Shown here: positions 14,457-26,583 of the stretch, one piece after another
Layout: each line of letters begins with the position of its first letter
Numbering within the stretch: position 1 is the stretch's first letter
DNA from: Octopus vulgaris
Lineage: Eukaryota
Assembly (NCBI GenBank): GCA_951406725.2
Contig: OX597823.1
Coordinates: forward strand, 32,860,001 to 32,924,000
Length of the DNA stretch: 64,000 nucleotides
Direction: 5' to 3'
The notes under the pieces: model-generated
Databases searched by the model: none
The model's input: the letters and a program-made list of their open reading frames with translations, nothing else
What the model was told of the DNA's origin: nothing
Position numbers and translations under genes: made by a program

Positions 14457-14676
14457 CCCTTTCGCTACCAACCCGGCTGAAACCGGCTCTGGCTTTGAGT
14501 ACAAATGTCTTGTTTTCATAAGTTTTGAATTAAAATCTTCCACCAAACCTTAGTCACAATTTATGTTCCTAACACTAGCTGAATGATAACTAAGTTATTT
14601 TACTAAATTCTTTGTTGTATTTAAAGTAATTGAAAGAAACAGAGAGCATCTCAAAATAAATACAGTAACAAAAGGG
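14457..14676 (+). mobile_element. piggyBac-type TTAA MITE (220 bp)
   Basis: TTAA TSDs at 14453-14456 and 14677-14680. TIRs CCCTTTCGCTAC / GTAACAAAAGGG. Confidence 0.85.
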
Positions 14677-14689
14677 TTAAGGTGAAAAT

Positions 14690-15002
14690 TATAAACAATT
14701 TATAAATAAGGGCAAAAGAAAAAAATTCCAATGCCAAATATGCTGAGAAATAGACTTTAAATCGTCAATAACCACATATAATTCATCACTAAAAGAATTC
14801 TTTATCAAATAAACTCAGAAATCAGACCGATTCAGTAATGACGTAATTTTCTAGAAATTTCTGTCAGCTTGCTTCAAGACACATGCTTTTAGTGATGAAT
14901 TATATGTGGTTGTTGACTTAGTGATGAATTATATGTGGTTGTTGTCTATTTCTTGGCATATTTGGCATAGGAATTGTTTTCTTTTGCCCTTATTTATAAG
15001 TT

Positions 15003-15005
<3 letters not shown>
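14690..15005. repeat. Inverted-repeat element (about 105-bp arms) with an internal 28-29-bp tandem duplication
   Basis: 14690-14795 pairs with 14887-15005. ttagtgatgaattatatgtggttgttg is duplicated at 14889 and 14918. Confidence 0.7.
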
Positions 15006-15069
<64 letters not shown>

Positions 15070-16408
15070 GTAGGTAGATGGAGTTTATCTTGTAGAGATA
15101 AAATTAACTCAAAATTTCAAAAATAGTAATGGAAAAATTAATTTAAGTCCCTATTTTGAGAGAGAGTGGGGCATGTTGGTGTATATTATATTGAGTTAAA
15201 GACTTGGTTCATATCCCAGCAATGGACCCGTTGTTCTTTTCTGTCTCAAACTGGTTCTTATATTGATCTAATATACTTCTTCACTGTTGCAATCTTTACT
15301 GTTACCATGGACTCATCAAGGTAATCAAGGCTTGACTGATTTCAGTTTGAGCATCAATAAATATCCAAGTTCAGCCAGAAATAATTTACAAATTCTTAGC
15401 AATGGAAACAAATATTTCCTTTTTATACAAAACATACGTAAATTATTGAGACGGTGCATGTAGTGATTTCATTTTGCTTGAAAGAATTATAGAATCCATT
15501 GAGGCATATTCATCCTTTGTTCTATATACTTACTCATATATAGCATGTTTCTACTTCCTCAATCGCTACAGCAGTACATTGTGTCCAAATGCCTCTTGAA
15601 CATTGTTGTGAGACCATGATATTAATGAAACAACAGTTATTAAACATACACATATGTTTTTCTAAGGAAATTGTTCCCTGGAAATGTGATTCTTACATAT
15701 TGAATAATAATAATACTGATGTGATACAAGAATTATTGAAACGAGTGTAGGAATGAACATAGGGACATCACTGATGTTGTAATCTGTCGTTCTTTCTAGT
15801 ACATATGTGTGTGTGTGTTGCTGATTATGTCTTTGTTAGTACAATTAGGAAAACATTATCCATAACTGAATTTTTCAGAACATGTAATTAGGACACAAGT
15901 GAAAAGATGTGTGTGTGTGTGTGTGTGTATGCAGATATATATTCACACATACATTCAGACACACAAATGGAAATATATATGTATGTTTTTGAAAAACAAA
16001 GATAAAAATGTTCATTTGTAGTAGAAATAATAATAAAGCCCAAAGTTTTAAAAAGAATGTGTGGATTATCAGATATTATACAATGATGTCATATCACAGA
16101 CATCAAAAGAGAAACATTTTTCTCTTTATATTATAAAAAAAGTTTTCCCTGTCTTTTTAATAGAGGGGAGGGGGTTGTTTTTAATTTTACTTTATAGTTT
16201 ATACACAGGTTCTAACAAGTAAAATACTGTGAAATGTTAGTATTTTTCAAAACTTTGAGTCTTTTCTCTGTTTTCATTGAGTAGGCAATTAATTCCTTGG
16301 GATGAAATGATGTCAACACGGATTTGACAAAGCATTAAGATAAAACGAAGTAGGAGTGGAGGAGGGGGGCAGAAATCTTGATTAAAAAGTGGGGTGTTTT
16401 TGCCAGCC

Positions 16409-16617
16409 TTATCGTTTCTTCTTCCTGTCTTTCTTTTCTTTGATTTTCTCCGTCTCTGATTGGTATTTCTTGTAGAGAGTGTAACCAACATACACTACTA
16501 GTGCGGGAATGGTAAAAAACTGCAGCAGTTGAAAGAAACGTTTCTCAACTTCTGGGGTCTTTGGTTTAGATTTGATCACTTTTACTAACAAAGTTTCAAA
16601 GCTCAGAGTGGCATCCG
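16409..16617 (-). CDS. FKBP11: FKBP11-like exon 6 (DATLSFETLLVKV...TM FFTIPALVVYVGYTLY...KEKKDRKKKR*)
   Basis: Acceptor cttccaattccag|. Encodes the last FKBP strand, a transmembrane segment and a Lys-rich tail ending in a KKxx ER-retrieval motif. TAA at 16411-16409. Spliced CDS is 636 nt (211 aa plus stop) with no internal stop. Confidence 0.93.
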
Positions 16618-16856
16618 CTGGAATTGGAAGATAAAAATAAATTCTTGGTTAATCAAGTCAAATAAAATTTAGTGACTGGGGAAAAAAAAAAAGTTTCAAA
16701 ACCAGATTTAAAATGTAAATGCAGTCAATACATAAATCTGTAGAAATAAAAGTTCCAGCATTCCTTATGTGGTTATTATCAGATTCTTAAAAGGCTTCCT
16801 CTCCATAACTCCTACTATTGGAATAAAGCCCCCACTTACCCCAATACTCCCATATA

Positions 16857-17127
16857 CAGTGGCGGACTAAGTCTAAAAATATTGGTTGCCAGGAGACCAA
16901 GGGGTCCCACCTGCAACTAAAATGTTGTTTAGTTTTTTTTTGCTTTTGTTAAAATTATTCTTTTCAACTGTCTACAAATACAGCCAGGCTGAATTAATTA
17001 ATGCATTCTTCCAGGAGTGAATGAAAAATTCTCAAACTTGAGGGAATGGGCCCCCATATATGGATTCTAATGGTGCAGGGGCCCACTTGCCATTGAGTAA
17101 GCTGGCAACTTGGCCAGTTCACTACTG
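16857..17127. mobile_element. hAT-type MITE (271 bp) in intron 5
   Basis: 8-bp TSD CCCATATA at 16849-16856 and 17128-17135. TIRs CAGTGGCGGACT / AGTTCACTACTG match at 9 of 12 positions. Confidence 0.8.
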
Positions 17128-19013
17128 CCCATATACATATATCTTTTACATGTTTCAGTCATTGAACTGCGACCATGCTGGAGTAGTGCTTTAAATGGTT
17201 TAGTTGAACAAATCAACCACAGCGCTTACCTTAAGAATACTTGTTCTCTGAAGTGCTAAGTTAAAGGGATGTAAACAAACCAACACTACTTATTGAGTTT
17301 ACCACACACACAATTTCATTCTATTAAATCCACTCAAAAAGCATTGGTCAGCCTGGAACTATAGTAGAAAACATTTGCCCATGGTGCTATGCAGTAGGAC
17401 TGAACTTGAAATCAGGTAGTTGCATAGTCACCTTCTAAACCACATGGCCATATCTGCCCCTAGAGTGGACATTCAATGTGGCACAAAACCTGCTAGAAAG
17501 AGCAGTCAAATTTCCTTCATACTTTACATTTACTCAACATGTTTTCCAGTTAGTAGTCTTGCATACAGTCTGAAAATATGATAGCTTGGTCATGGCTGGA
17601 GTGTCATTGCTTTTCTTGATCAAAACTAACCTAGGGCTAAACAGTAGCAGCAACTATTCTGTCTAAAAATCACAAACATAAATAGTGAAGAAAACCTGTT
17701 TGCCATGCTGGCATGGGTTGGATGGATTGACAGGAGCTGGCAAGGCCAGGGACCACACCAGGTTCCAGAGTCTGTTTTGTGTACTCAAAACACAGGAACC
17801 TCTACAAGTATGCTTGATTTACTAGAAATAGCAGCTAAATCTCCCCATATTATACCTTATCACCTTACAAAAAAGAGGCAATGTAGTCTCTGTTATATAA
17901 AAAGATAAGATGGTCATGGCTACAGTTCTTTTGTGGATGGATAGAAGGTGTGAGGAAAAAGGAACATGAAAGAGGCAGATGAGCATGGATCAGGGTCAGG
18001 ATAGAGTCATTGGAGGAAAGAGGTGTGTGGAGGTTATGGGACGGGGACAAAGATGGAGGGGTGAGTGGGTACTGAGATGGTGAAGGAGCTGTGGGGAACG
18101 AACATGGAGAGAAAACTAGTGGGGGATACCATAGATGTAAGGAAAGAGTAGAATATAGATGTAGGGAAGGTACCCCAGTTAGGGAGGCTGTGGGGAGAGG
18201 GCAATAAAAGAAAAAATGGGAGGGAGCAATGAGGGAAAGAAAGACTGGAAGACATCTATAGAGATGATGGAGGAGTAGAGGGTGAGAGGAGTGGGATAAA
18301 AAGAGGATGGAATGTGAAGGGTACCATGGGGGTGGGGTGAGAGTAGAGGATGACAGTAAGGAGGCTGAGAAGAGAGAACAATGAAGGAAAGGCAGTGGAT
18401 GAATTCCAACAAGAGTATCCCAAACCATCAACCTCCCATCATTAGCATACTGTCAACTATACTTGCCAAAAAGAGCAGGGTTTTTCTCCAGAACAATATG
18501 TTATCAGTTGTCATGGAACCACTTGTCTTTCTTGTGAGATTCAGCATCTTGAGAATAGTCTTCCATCTCTTTATCCCATGGCTTCCAAACATGCCATCTA
18601 CTTTGATCACTCAGCCATACACATCACATGCCCCTATTAACACAGTCTTCTGTCTTCCTTTTATCTCTTAGGTCATTCACACACACTAACATTACACAAT
18701 TAAGTCACCAAAGTAACAAAAACTATTGACTACTTGTAGGGATCCTTCTGAGCAATTGAAAGAATCCAGTTTCAGGACACATTCCTTGCTTAATCCTCCT
18801 GCACATATGAAGGCTGCCTTTGTTGTTAGCCCATCTCTGACACCAATACATCTCTTGCACATCCATCGTTTATATTGAGCACACTGTACAGAATTTCTAC
18901 TTACTCTCTCTCTACATACTGAGCACAGCCATTTCTATGTTGGCACTACAGTCGTCTTTTTTTTTCTACTTACCATAACTTCAGTCTCAGTTAAATTTAA
19001 ATTAAAGATTTTT

Positions 19014-19529
19014 CAATTACATGAAAAAATGCGAGCATGAAAAGTAATATTCTTAAGACTATAAACCTGGAAAAGTACAGGACAAGTTATTACACCTGTA
19101 AAAGTATAGGACAAACTATTACTTCAGGTAAAGTAAAGAATAAGAAACTTTTTACTCAAAATATTGCAGCAAAGAATGCCAGTTCTTCCAATTTATCACT
19201 CTTTACAGTTCTCATCTTTTAAATTTATTGTACAAAACTGTTCAACTAATTTGTAAGTTTGTCTATTTAGTCACTTTTTTCTGTATCTAAGGTAGTAAAT
19301 TAGCCAAATTCTACTTAAATAGTATAGTGTTATTTGTAAACAATAATAAAATATTTAATATTCAAATTTTAATTTTAGCTGCAATATTTTAAGTAAAAAG
19401 TTTCTTATTCTTTACTTGAAGTAATAGTTTGTCCTATACTTTTACAAGTGTAATAACTTGTCCTGTACTTTTCCAGGTTTATAATCTTAAGAATATTACT
19501 TTTCATGCTTATGTTTTTCCATGTAATCC
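19014..19529. mobile_element. MULE/foldback-type MITE with about 155-bp TIRs
   Basis: 19016-19170 is the reverse complement of 19378-19528. Near-9-bp TSD aagattttt (19005-19013) / atgattttt (19530-19538). Confidence 0.75.
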
Positions 19530-21720
19530 ATGATTTTTCTAGGCATTGCTGTTATAAGATAATTAATGATGTGTCAATTAACAATTTAGAATTTTACCTT
19601 ATAAAATACTGGGTAAGGGGATACATTGGTTGCTATTTTTAGCATGTCGAGCAACCAGGTAGAAGCTCTTTCATTGGTTTGATTGCATTATGAGATTTTT
19701 TTACACATATATGTATAATATGCAAATATATCATTGGCAGAATTTAGAGAGTAAGTCAAAAACTGAGAGTTTCATGCATTGGCACTTATCAAACACAAAT
19801 TTGTCCATAGTCATTCTGTAACTTGTGATGAAATAACTTCTAAAATACAAAATTTGTCAAAAACATTAAGAGTAAGCCCTGTTGTATGTGACACATTCTA
19901 CCAGTGTTTAGTTTTTAAAAAATTAATCTGTACGTCAAATTGAATAGATCCAAAATGGATAAAAAGCAAAGTCGACCTTGGCGGAATTTGAACTCAAAAC
20001 ATAAACACAGGAGAAACACCGTTAAGCATTTCGCCCAGCACACTAAAGTTTCTGCCAGCTTGCCGCCTTAGAATGTAAACATTTATTTTAGCAATATATT
20101 CTTTATTCTTATAGCTAAAGCATTACTTCCTTACTCTCTTACACGAAATTTCGTGGTATTTCACCCCATAACTTTTCTTCTACTAATTTTTGTTCAATGC
20201 GACTAACAACTCTGAATTCCTCATACATTTTTCTATTATCTAAGCCTAAGAAAAATATACTGTTATTTTAAAATTAAAAAGTTTATGTTCATTGAAGGTG
20301 AATAGGTGCCTTACTGTACCCCTTGAGGTCACAGATATTTTGAAATAACTTTTTTTCTACTGAACCAAATCTCAAACTATTTATGCTAAAGTATAGCTAA
20401 GGAGGTGTCCTCTTTAAAACTGTTAACAGTTTGCAATTTTGTTGAGAACTGAATTAGTGGTGAAGCTTGGAAACTGCTGCGATTGACGAAATGGTAGACT
20501 TAAGAATATATTCAACTACTACTGTGGTTGAATGATTCCATGTTGTTTCAATGTTTGGAATTTCTTCTCCAAATCTCCCACAGATTCTGCTATAAGAAAG
20601 TAATTTACAGGAATTTCCATAGACAACCAGTTTTCAACTCCTCTGTTATGGCTTGGACGACTAAGCTTAATGGACCCTTACCTGCCCACTAAATTTATTG
20701 CTATACATTGTTACCACTGTTTTAATGTCCACTTTTTCATGTTAGCACAGGTTGGACAGAGTTTACTGAGGCAGATATTCTATAACTGGATGCCCTTTCT
20801 GTCATCAACCCATTCCCAGACAAGATAATATTTTTCCATAGCCAGACATGTTTTCACAGAAAATTGGAAATGAATGATATTTATTTACAACAGTTATACA
20901 ATGTCAAGACTAGGAAATACATACATACACCTGACCTGGCCACCACAGCAGAACTGAGATCCTAAAACCAAGGTGCCACATAAAAAATATTGGTGTGGGT
21001 GCTTGTTCCACATAAAAAGCACCCAGTACACTCTGGAGGGGTTGGCATTAGGAAGGGCATCCAGCCATAGAAACCATACCAACACAGAAAATGGAGCTTG
21101 GTGCAGACCCTGCTCTTGCCAGTTCTTGTCAAGCCATCCAACATACGAGAGCATAGAAAATGGCCATTAAATGTTGTTGATAATATATATATGATGGGTT
21201 TCTTTCAGTTTCCATCTACTAAATCCAACCATAAAGCTTTGGTCAGCCGAGATGCCATGCCACAGGACTGAACCCAAAAACTATTGGTTGGGGAGCAAAC
21301 TTCATAGCCATTAGTCATGCCTGTGCCTCAGGTTACATTGTATCAGGCTAATCCAGGATATGAACCATATATTTATGCATGTATACACACACACATAAGT
21401 AACTGTCTTTGTGTCATATAACATACATCAAGTTGTCTCTTACCTCCCGTATAGCAGCTTAGCTTCTGAGCCCCTACAAAGGTCTTCACTATTTTTCACA
21501 ATCCTCCCTCCTACCACTCCTCAGCCAAAATAACTAAGTAGTAGCAACTACATAAAGCCACTACATCTGTTGTTCATTTTGATGCCATATTCACATTATT
21601 CCTACCAACAAAACCTTTCCCAAATTTTTATTCTCCACCAAAGTATAAAATCACTCCAATCCAACAAAGGGATTAGTTTAGACCCAATGATATCTGATTA
21701 CATTCAAACAGTGAACTCCA

Positions 21721-21851
21721 ATTATTTACATTTGACAGATATTTGTCCTCATCTTGTTTGTTGTTAACACGTTTCAGCTCATATACCCTCCAGCCTTCAT
21801 CAGGTGTCTTGGAGAAATTTCGAACCTGGGTTCTCATTCCTAAGGTATTTT

Positions 21852-21890
<39 letters not shown>

Positions 21891-22141
21891 TCACTGCCTG
21901 GAATTGAACTAACCCCAAGATTCCAAGTTCAATTCCAGGCAGTGACCTGAATAATAACAATAATAACAACAACATCGAAAATTACCTTAGGGATGAGAAC
22001 CCAGGTTCGAAATTTCCCCATGACACCCGATGAAGGCTGGAGGGTATATCAACCGAAACATTGTGTTAACAACAAACAAGATGAGGACAAATATCCGTTA
22101 AATGTAAATAATGTACATAATTCCTCATCTCTTAACTATAG
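21721..22141 (+). mobile_element. Family A element copy 2 (inverted arms, a hammerhead motif in each)
   Basis: Arms 21721-21910 and 21911-22141. Minus-arm core CTGATGA at 21803-21797; plus-arm core CCGATGA at 22027-22033 with GAAA at 22055. 14-bp direct repeat AACAGTGAACTCCA at 21707-21720 and 22142-22155. Confidence 0.88.
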
Positions 22142-22348
22142 AACAGTGAACTCCAAGGCTAGCTCCTACCTTTGCCAATCCCCTAAATCTTTTTTTTTCT
22201 CTAAAGGATTCTTTCCTACTCCATGGAAACACACCAAGGTGGAGATACATTATACAGCAGACTTGATAAACATATGCTAACAAGAAAAAAAGAGGAAAAT
22301 TGTTGGTGAAACCAAGAATATATTTTATATATGTAAGCTGAAACTCAC

Positions 22349-22419
22349 GTGGTATAACTGGAGGTCGGCCAGACTTGCCATAAGCTAAATGTGGTGGTAT
22401 TACTAATTTTCTTTTTTCT
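22349..22419 (-). CDS. FKBP11: FKBP11-like exon 5 (EKRKLVIPPHLAYGKSGRPPVIP-P), 71 nt
   Basis: Acceptor ttatttacag|, donor CCAC|gtgagt. Motif EKRKLxIPPxLAYG. Confidence 0.95.
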
Positions 22420-22489
22420 CTGTAAATAATAAAAATCTTTAATTTTATTTGTCTGAAAATATATTTAATTTCAGTTTATGTGTAATTAA

Positions 22490-22713
22490 CCCTTTTGCTA
22501 CCATCTATCTGTTGGAATACCTTGCCTTTTGTTTTAATCAATTTTGAAAATTATGAAGAATATAATTATATAATTTTATCATTATTAAGTTGGTGTTTAG
22601 AACATGAATTTAGCATGAAATGTTAGTGGAAGATTTTTAATTTAGTTTACATTAAAACAGAAATTTGTACAATAGAACTAAAAATGGTCTTAGAAAGGTT
22701 GGAACCAAAAGGG
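22490..22713 (-). mobile_element. piggyBac-type TTAA MITE, same family as 14457
   Basis: TTAA at 22486-22489 and 22714-22717; CCCTTTTG / CAAAAGGG termini. Degenerate copies at about 480-667, 32570-32775, 44540-44760 and 48045-48890 (the last split by an RTE fragment). Confidence 0.8.
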
Positions 22714-22974
22714 TTAAACTAAAATCAATTACAAAGTGATAGTCAATATTGCAATTTAACACACATATGTCTTTCTTCAAATGATAAAGCTCCAGGGGAA
22801 AAACAAATTCTGCCCCAAACAACAAAAATGAACTGACCAGTTCCTCAGGATCATGGTCAGTTTTTCAAAAACACAATACAATGTTTTTTATAACAGACTT
22901 TTTAAGAAACTTGCAAGCAATCTGATGAGTATCTTGCCAATACTAAAACAAAAATAATAATGATTAGTCTTTCT

Positions 22975-23594
22975 AATTTTGATACAAAGTCAGAAGTTTT
23001 GAAATGGGAATGGGGTAAATCAATTAAATCAACCCTAGTACTTTATTTTATTGACTCAAAGGGTGAAAAAGAACGCTGACCCTGATAGGATTTGAACCCA
23101 GAACCAGAAGAAATGCTGCTAAGCATTTTTTTTTTTTCTTAGTGATGCACTAACAATTCAGCCAGCTTGCCACCTTAATAATAATAATTCCTTCAACTCA
23201 AGGCACAAGGCTTGAACTTTTAATAGGAGAGGCTAGTTGATTACATCAACCCCAGTACATAACTGGTACTTATTTTATTGACCCTGAAAGGATGAAAGGC
23301 AAAGTCAACCTCAGCAGAATTTGAACTCAGAACATAAAGATGTACAAAATGCTGCTATGCTTTTGTTTTTTATGCTCTAATAATTCTGCCAGCTTGCCAT
23401 CTCACTAATAATAATAATCCTTTCTACTAGAAGGTCAAAGTCTGAAATTTGTGGGGAGGGAATAGTCGATTACATTGACCCCAGAAAGATGAAAGGTAAA
23501 GTCGACCTCAGCAGAATTTGAACTCAGAACATAAAGACGGATGAAATGCCAGAGCATTTTGCCCACATGATAACAATTCTGCAGGCTCACCATC

Positions 23595-23600
<6 letters not shown>
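22975..23600 (-). mobile_element. Tandem cluster of 3 SINE copies separated by (AAT)n
   Basis: Repeated gccagcttgcc heads and gaatttgaactcagaac B boxes at about 23090, 23320 and 23515. Confidence 0.75.
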
Positions 23601-23641
<41 letters not shown>

Positions 23642-24034
23642 TCTTTCTAATTTAGACACTCCTTGACTTTCCAGGCTCTGGACAAATGTCCTGCTCTTCT
23701 AGAGCCTGTATGAGACACATACAAAGGATATAAGCTGTCTGATCATCATCTTTTAACATCCCTGTTCCATGGTGGTATGAGTTTGATAGGATCCAACAGA
23801 TCTGAGGACTACATCATGCTCCAGTGTCTGTTTAGGTTTTGATAGCTGGATGCCTTTCCTAATGCCCACCACTTCACAGAGTGTACTGGGTGTTTTTTCA
23901 TAACACCACCATTTAGTGAGTAAGGAAGCAGCTTCATACAAGGAGATGAGAGGTTAAAGTATGAGAGAAGGGAGTCAAAACAGATTTCTTGTTGTAGAGG
24001 AGGGACTAGAAGAGAAGGTTGGATAACCAGCATG

Positions 24035-24420
24035 AACATTATTTACATTTGATGGATATTTGTCCTCATCTTGTTTGTTGTTAACACAACATTTCGGCTG
24101 ATATACCCTCCAGCTTTCATCAGGTGTCTTGGGGAAATTTCAAACCTTGGTTCTCATTCCTAAGGTATTTTTCAATATTATTATTATTCAAATCACTGCT
24201 GGAATCGAACTTGGAACCTTGGGGTTAGTAGCCCACACTCTTAACCACTACGTTATATATCCGTGGACATATGGTGTAGTGGTTTGAAATTTCCCCAAGA
24301 CACCTGAAGGCTGGAGGGTATATCAGTGGAAACGTTGTGTTAACAACAAACAAAATGAGGACAAATATCCATCAAATGTAAATAATGTAAATAATTTTTC
24401 ATCTCTTAAATATAGAACTG
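24035..24420. mobile_element. Family A element copy 3 (full tRNA head on the minus arm, internally deleted plus arm with tail)
   Basis: Minus arm: A box 24255-24245, B box 24210-24201, CTGATGA at 24123-24117. Plus arm starts GGACATATGGTGTAGTGGTT (24265) then jumps to the hammerhead region. TSD-like AACCAGCATG (24025-24034) / AACCAGAATG (24421-24430). Confidence 0.85.
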
Positions 24421-25377
24421 AACCAGAATGGAGCTGAAAAAAAGCAAAAGTTGAAATGTCAGGGTGAACCTTCAAGGTGTGAGGTGAATAGGAGTGGGCA
24501 GAGTCAGAAGAACAAAGTGTGTAGATGGATTGATGTTGAAACAATGTATAAGAAGATGATTATCTTAAATAACTTCGACTGTCTGTTATATCACAACTGG
24601 AAATATTAATTTCAACATGGCAAAATATATATATATATATAAATGTTAGTTTATATAAATGTAGTTTATATAAATGTTAGTTTTATATATAAACGAATAT
24701 AAATGTTAGTTTTCTCACTGTTCAAAGTTGTTGTATTTCTTCATATGTTAAGTAGAGTGAGTTAAGTGCCTTGGATATAGACACAATGGAATTATAATCA
24801 TATGAACCAGAAATATAAGCCATCATCATCATCAACCAAGACAAACCAAAATTGGTACCCCAACAAACACTCTCTCACAGCTCTGGGATCAATCAATCAA
24901 TCAACAAGCCAATCAATTAAACAATGCATAGAGAAAAATAAATTGATTGGTAGAGAAGTGTTCAGCAATTGAATGAAATAAATAAATATAGTAATAGAAT
25001 ATGCCAAAAAGAATAATTTGGTGAAGCAGTCAAGGAGACTCCATTATTATTTGATTTTTTTTTTAACGCTGTCTTCAATAAGAAGAGCTTAAAATTGATC
25101 AGGGGAAAAATTCATTTTAAGAAGCACACACATATTTTACAGTTGGTTGATTCTTCTGAGTAGAAACCAGTCAATAAAAATGATTTCACTTTATGAAATT
25201 TGGCCAAATCGTCTCAGTTACTGTCATGGATAAAATTGGGATTGGTGTTATGATAATGAAGACATTGCAACAGAATGTTGTCTGCTTTATGGTAGGCAGC
25301 TATCTAGTCTGTATAATGTTATGTATACAATATTAGACAGTTAACTTGTCCATGTAATGTGTGTGTGTGTGTGTATG

Positions 25378-25472
<95 letters not shown>

Positions 25473-26099
25473 GGAACAAAAACGCAATAGAGAACATTAA
25501 AGCATTCAGACAGATAGATGATACAAAGGTGGACAAGAGAAACAACAATTAGAAGGACAGGCAAAAAAAGACGGGTCATTCATGGCCTTATTTCCTCAGT
25601 CAAGTTCCAGAAGTCATGACCATTTCAGACAGTTACACTTGAGATGGTTCGATCTGGTTGCCCCAAAAAAAGTCTAGGCTAAGAGCATTAGACCCCTTTG
25701 TAAGTAAGCTAGTGAATGCATATGACAACAAAGACACAAAAAACAAAAAAAAAACGGAGAACATGGTACACAATTACAAATACAAAGAAGAAATAACAGG
25801 TGTCTTTCGAGTGAGAACAAATCAAATTGAGCTGGCGTGTATGAAGTGAAACCCTAAAGGCAGGAACATAGGAGATAGACATAAGAGGTGTTGGCAGTCA
25901 GCCAAGAAAGAAAGATCACGGCTGGCCGGACACTGGTCGCATGGAAGGAAGAGAGATGGGTAAGGGGCAGTGGGATTGAAGGATTAGAAAAAAATAAGAG
26001 ACAAAGAGAAAGGTACAGGGGAGATAAACAGGTGAGAAATAGTGGGAGTTAAAGAAAGAGGGCCAAGAAATGTGAGGGGGGGCGAGAAAAATGAAAAGT

Positions 26100-26330
26100 G
26101 ATTAATTAAAAAAATTGACCAACCTTAAGCTGTTTCAATTCTAGACCTTCAGAAAATTAATTAATAAAATTTAAAATTATTTGAAAGTCGAATCTCATCA
26201 GAGGCAAATAATTTTTAATTTTATTAATTCATCTTCTGAAGGTGTAGAATTGAAACAGCTGTAAGAGATGTCTGTCAATTTTTTCATTAATAAATAATAA
26301 TTTATTAACTATCTCTCTCTTTTCTTATCT
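26100..26330. mobile_element. Inverted-repeat element with hammerhead motif (family C)
   Basis: Arms 26100-26183 and 26204-26290. Minus strand reads CCT-CTGATGA(26201-26195)-GATTC..GAATT-GAAA(26136-26133)-CAGCT-TA-AGG. The plus arm shows GAAACAGCTGTA. Confidence 0.7.
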
Positions 26331-26464
26331 TAGGGTAATAAATAAATATATATTTACAGTTGAATATTAATTGTAATGTTCAACATTTTTTGTATAGGTA
26401 AGTAACCAGTATTTTCATAGGATTTTGCTATCCCTTAATGAGGTATGTAACGTTTATTTGAACT

Positions 26465-26534
<70 letters not shown>

Positions 26535-26549
26535 AACATAAATATACAT

Positions 26550-26583
<34 letters not shown>

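Noticed and set aside
16835-16856. TATGGGAGTATTGGG|gtaagt (YGSIG) as FKBP exon 5
   Set aside because: The true exon 5 is at 22349-22419 with correct phases. This site borders the hAT MITE TSD.
22922-22950. CTGATGA-GTAT..ATAC-TAAA hammerhead-like motif
   Set aside because: The GAAA box is mutated and there is no convincing stem I or palindrome.
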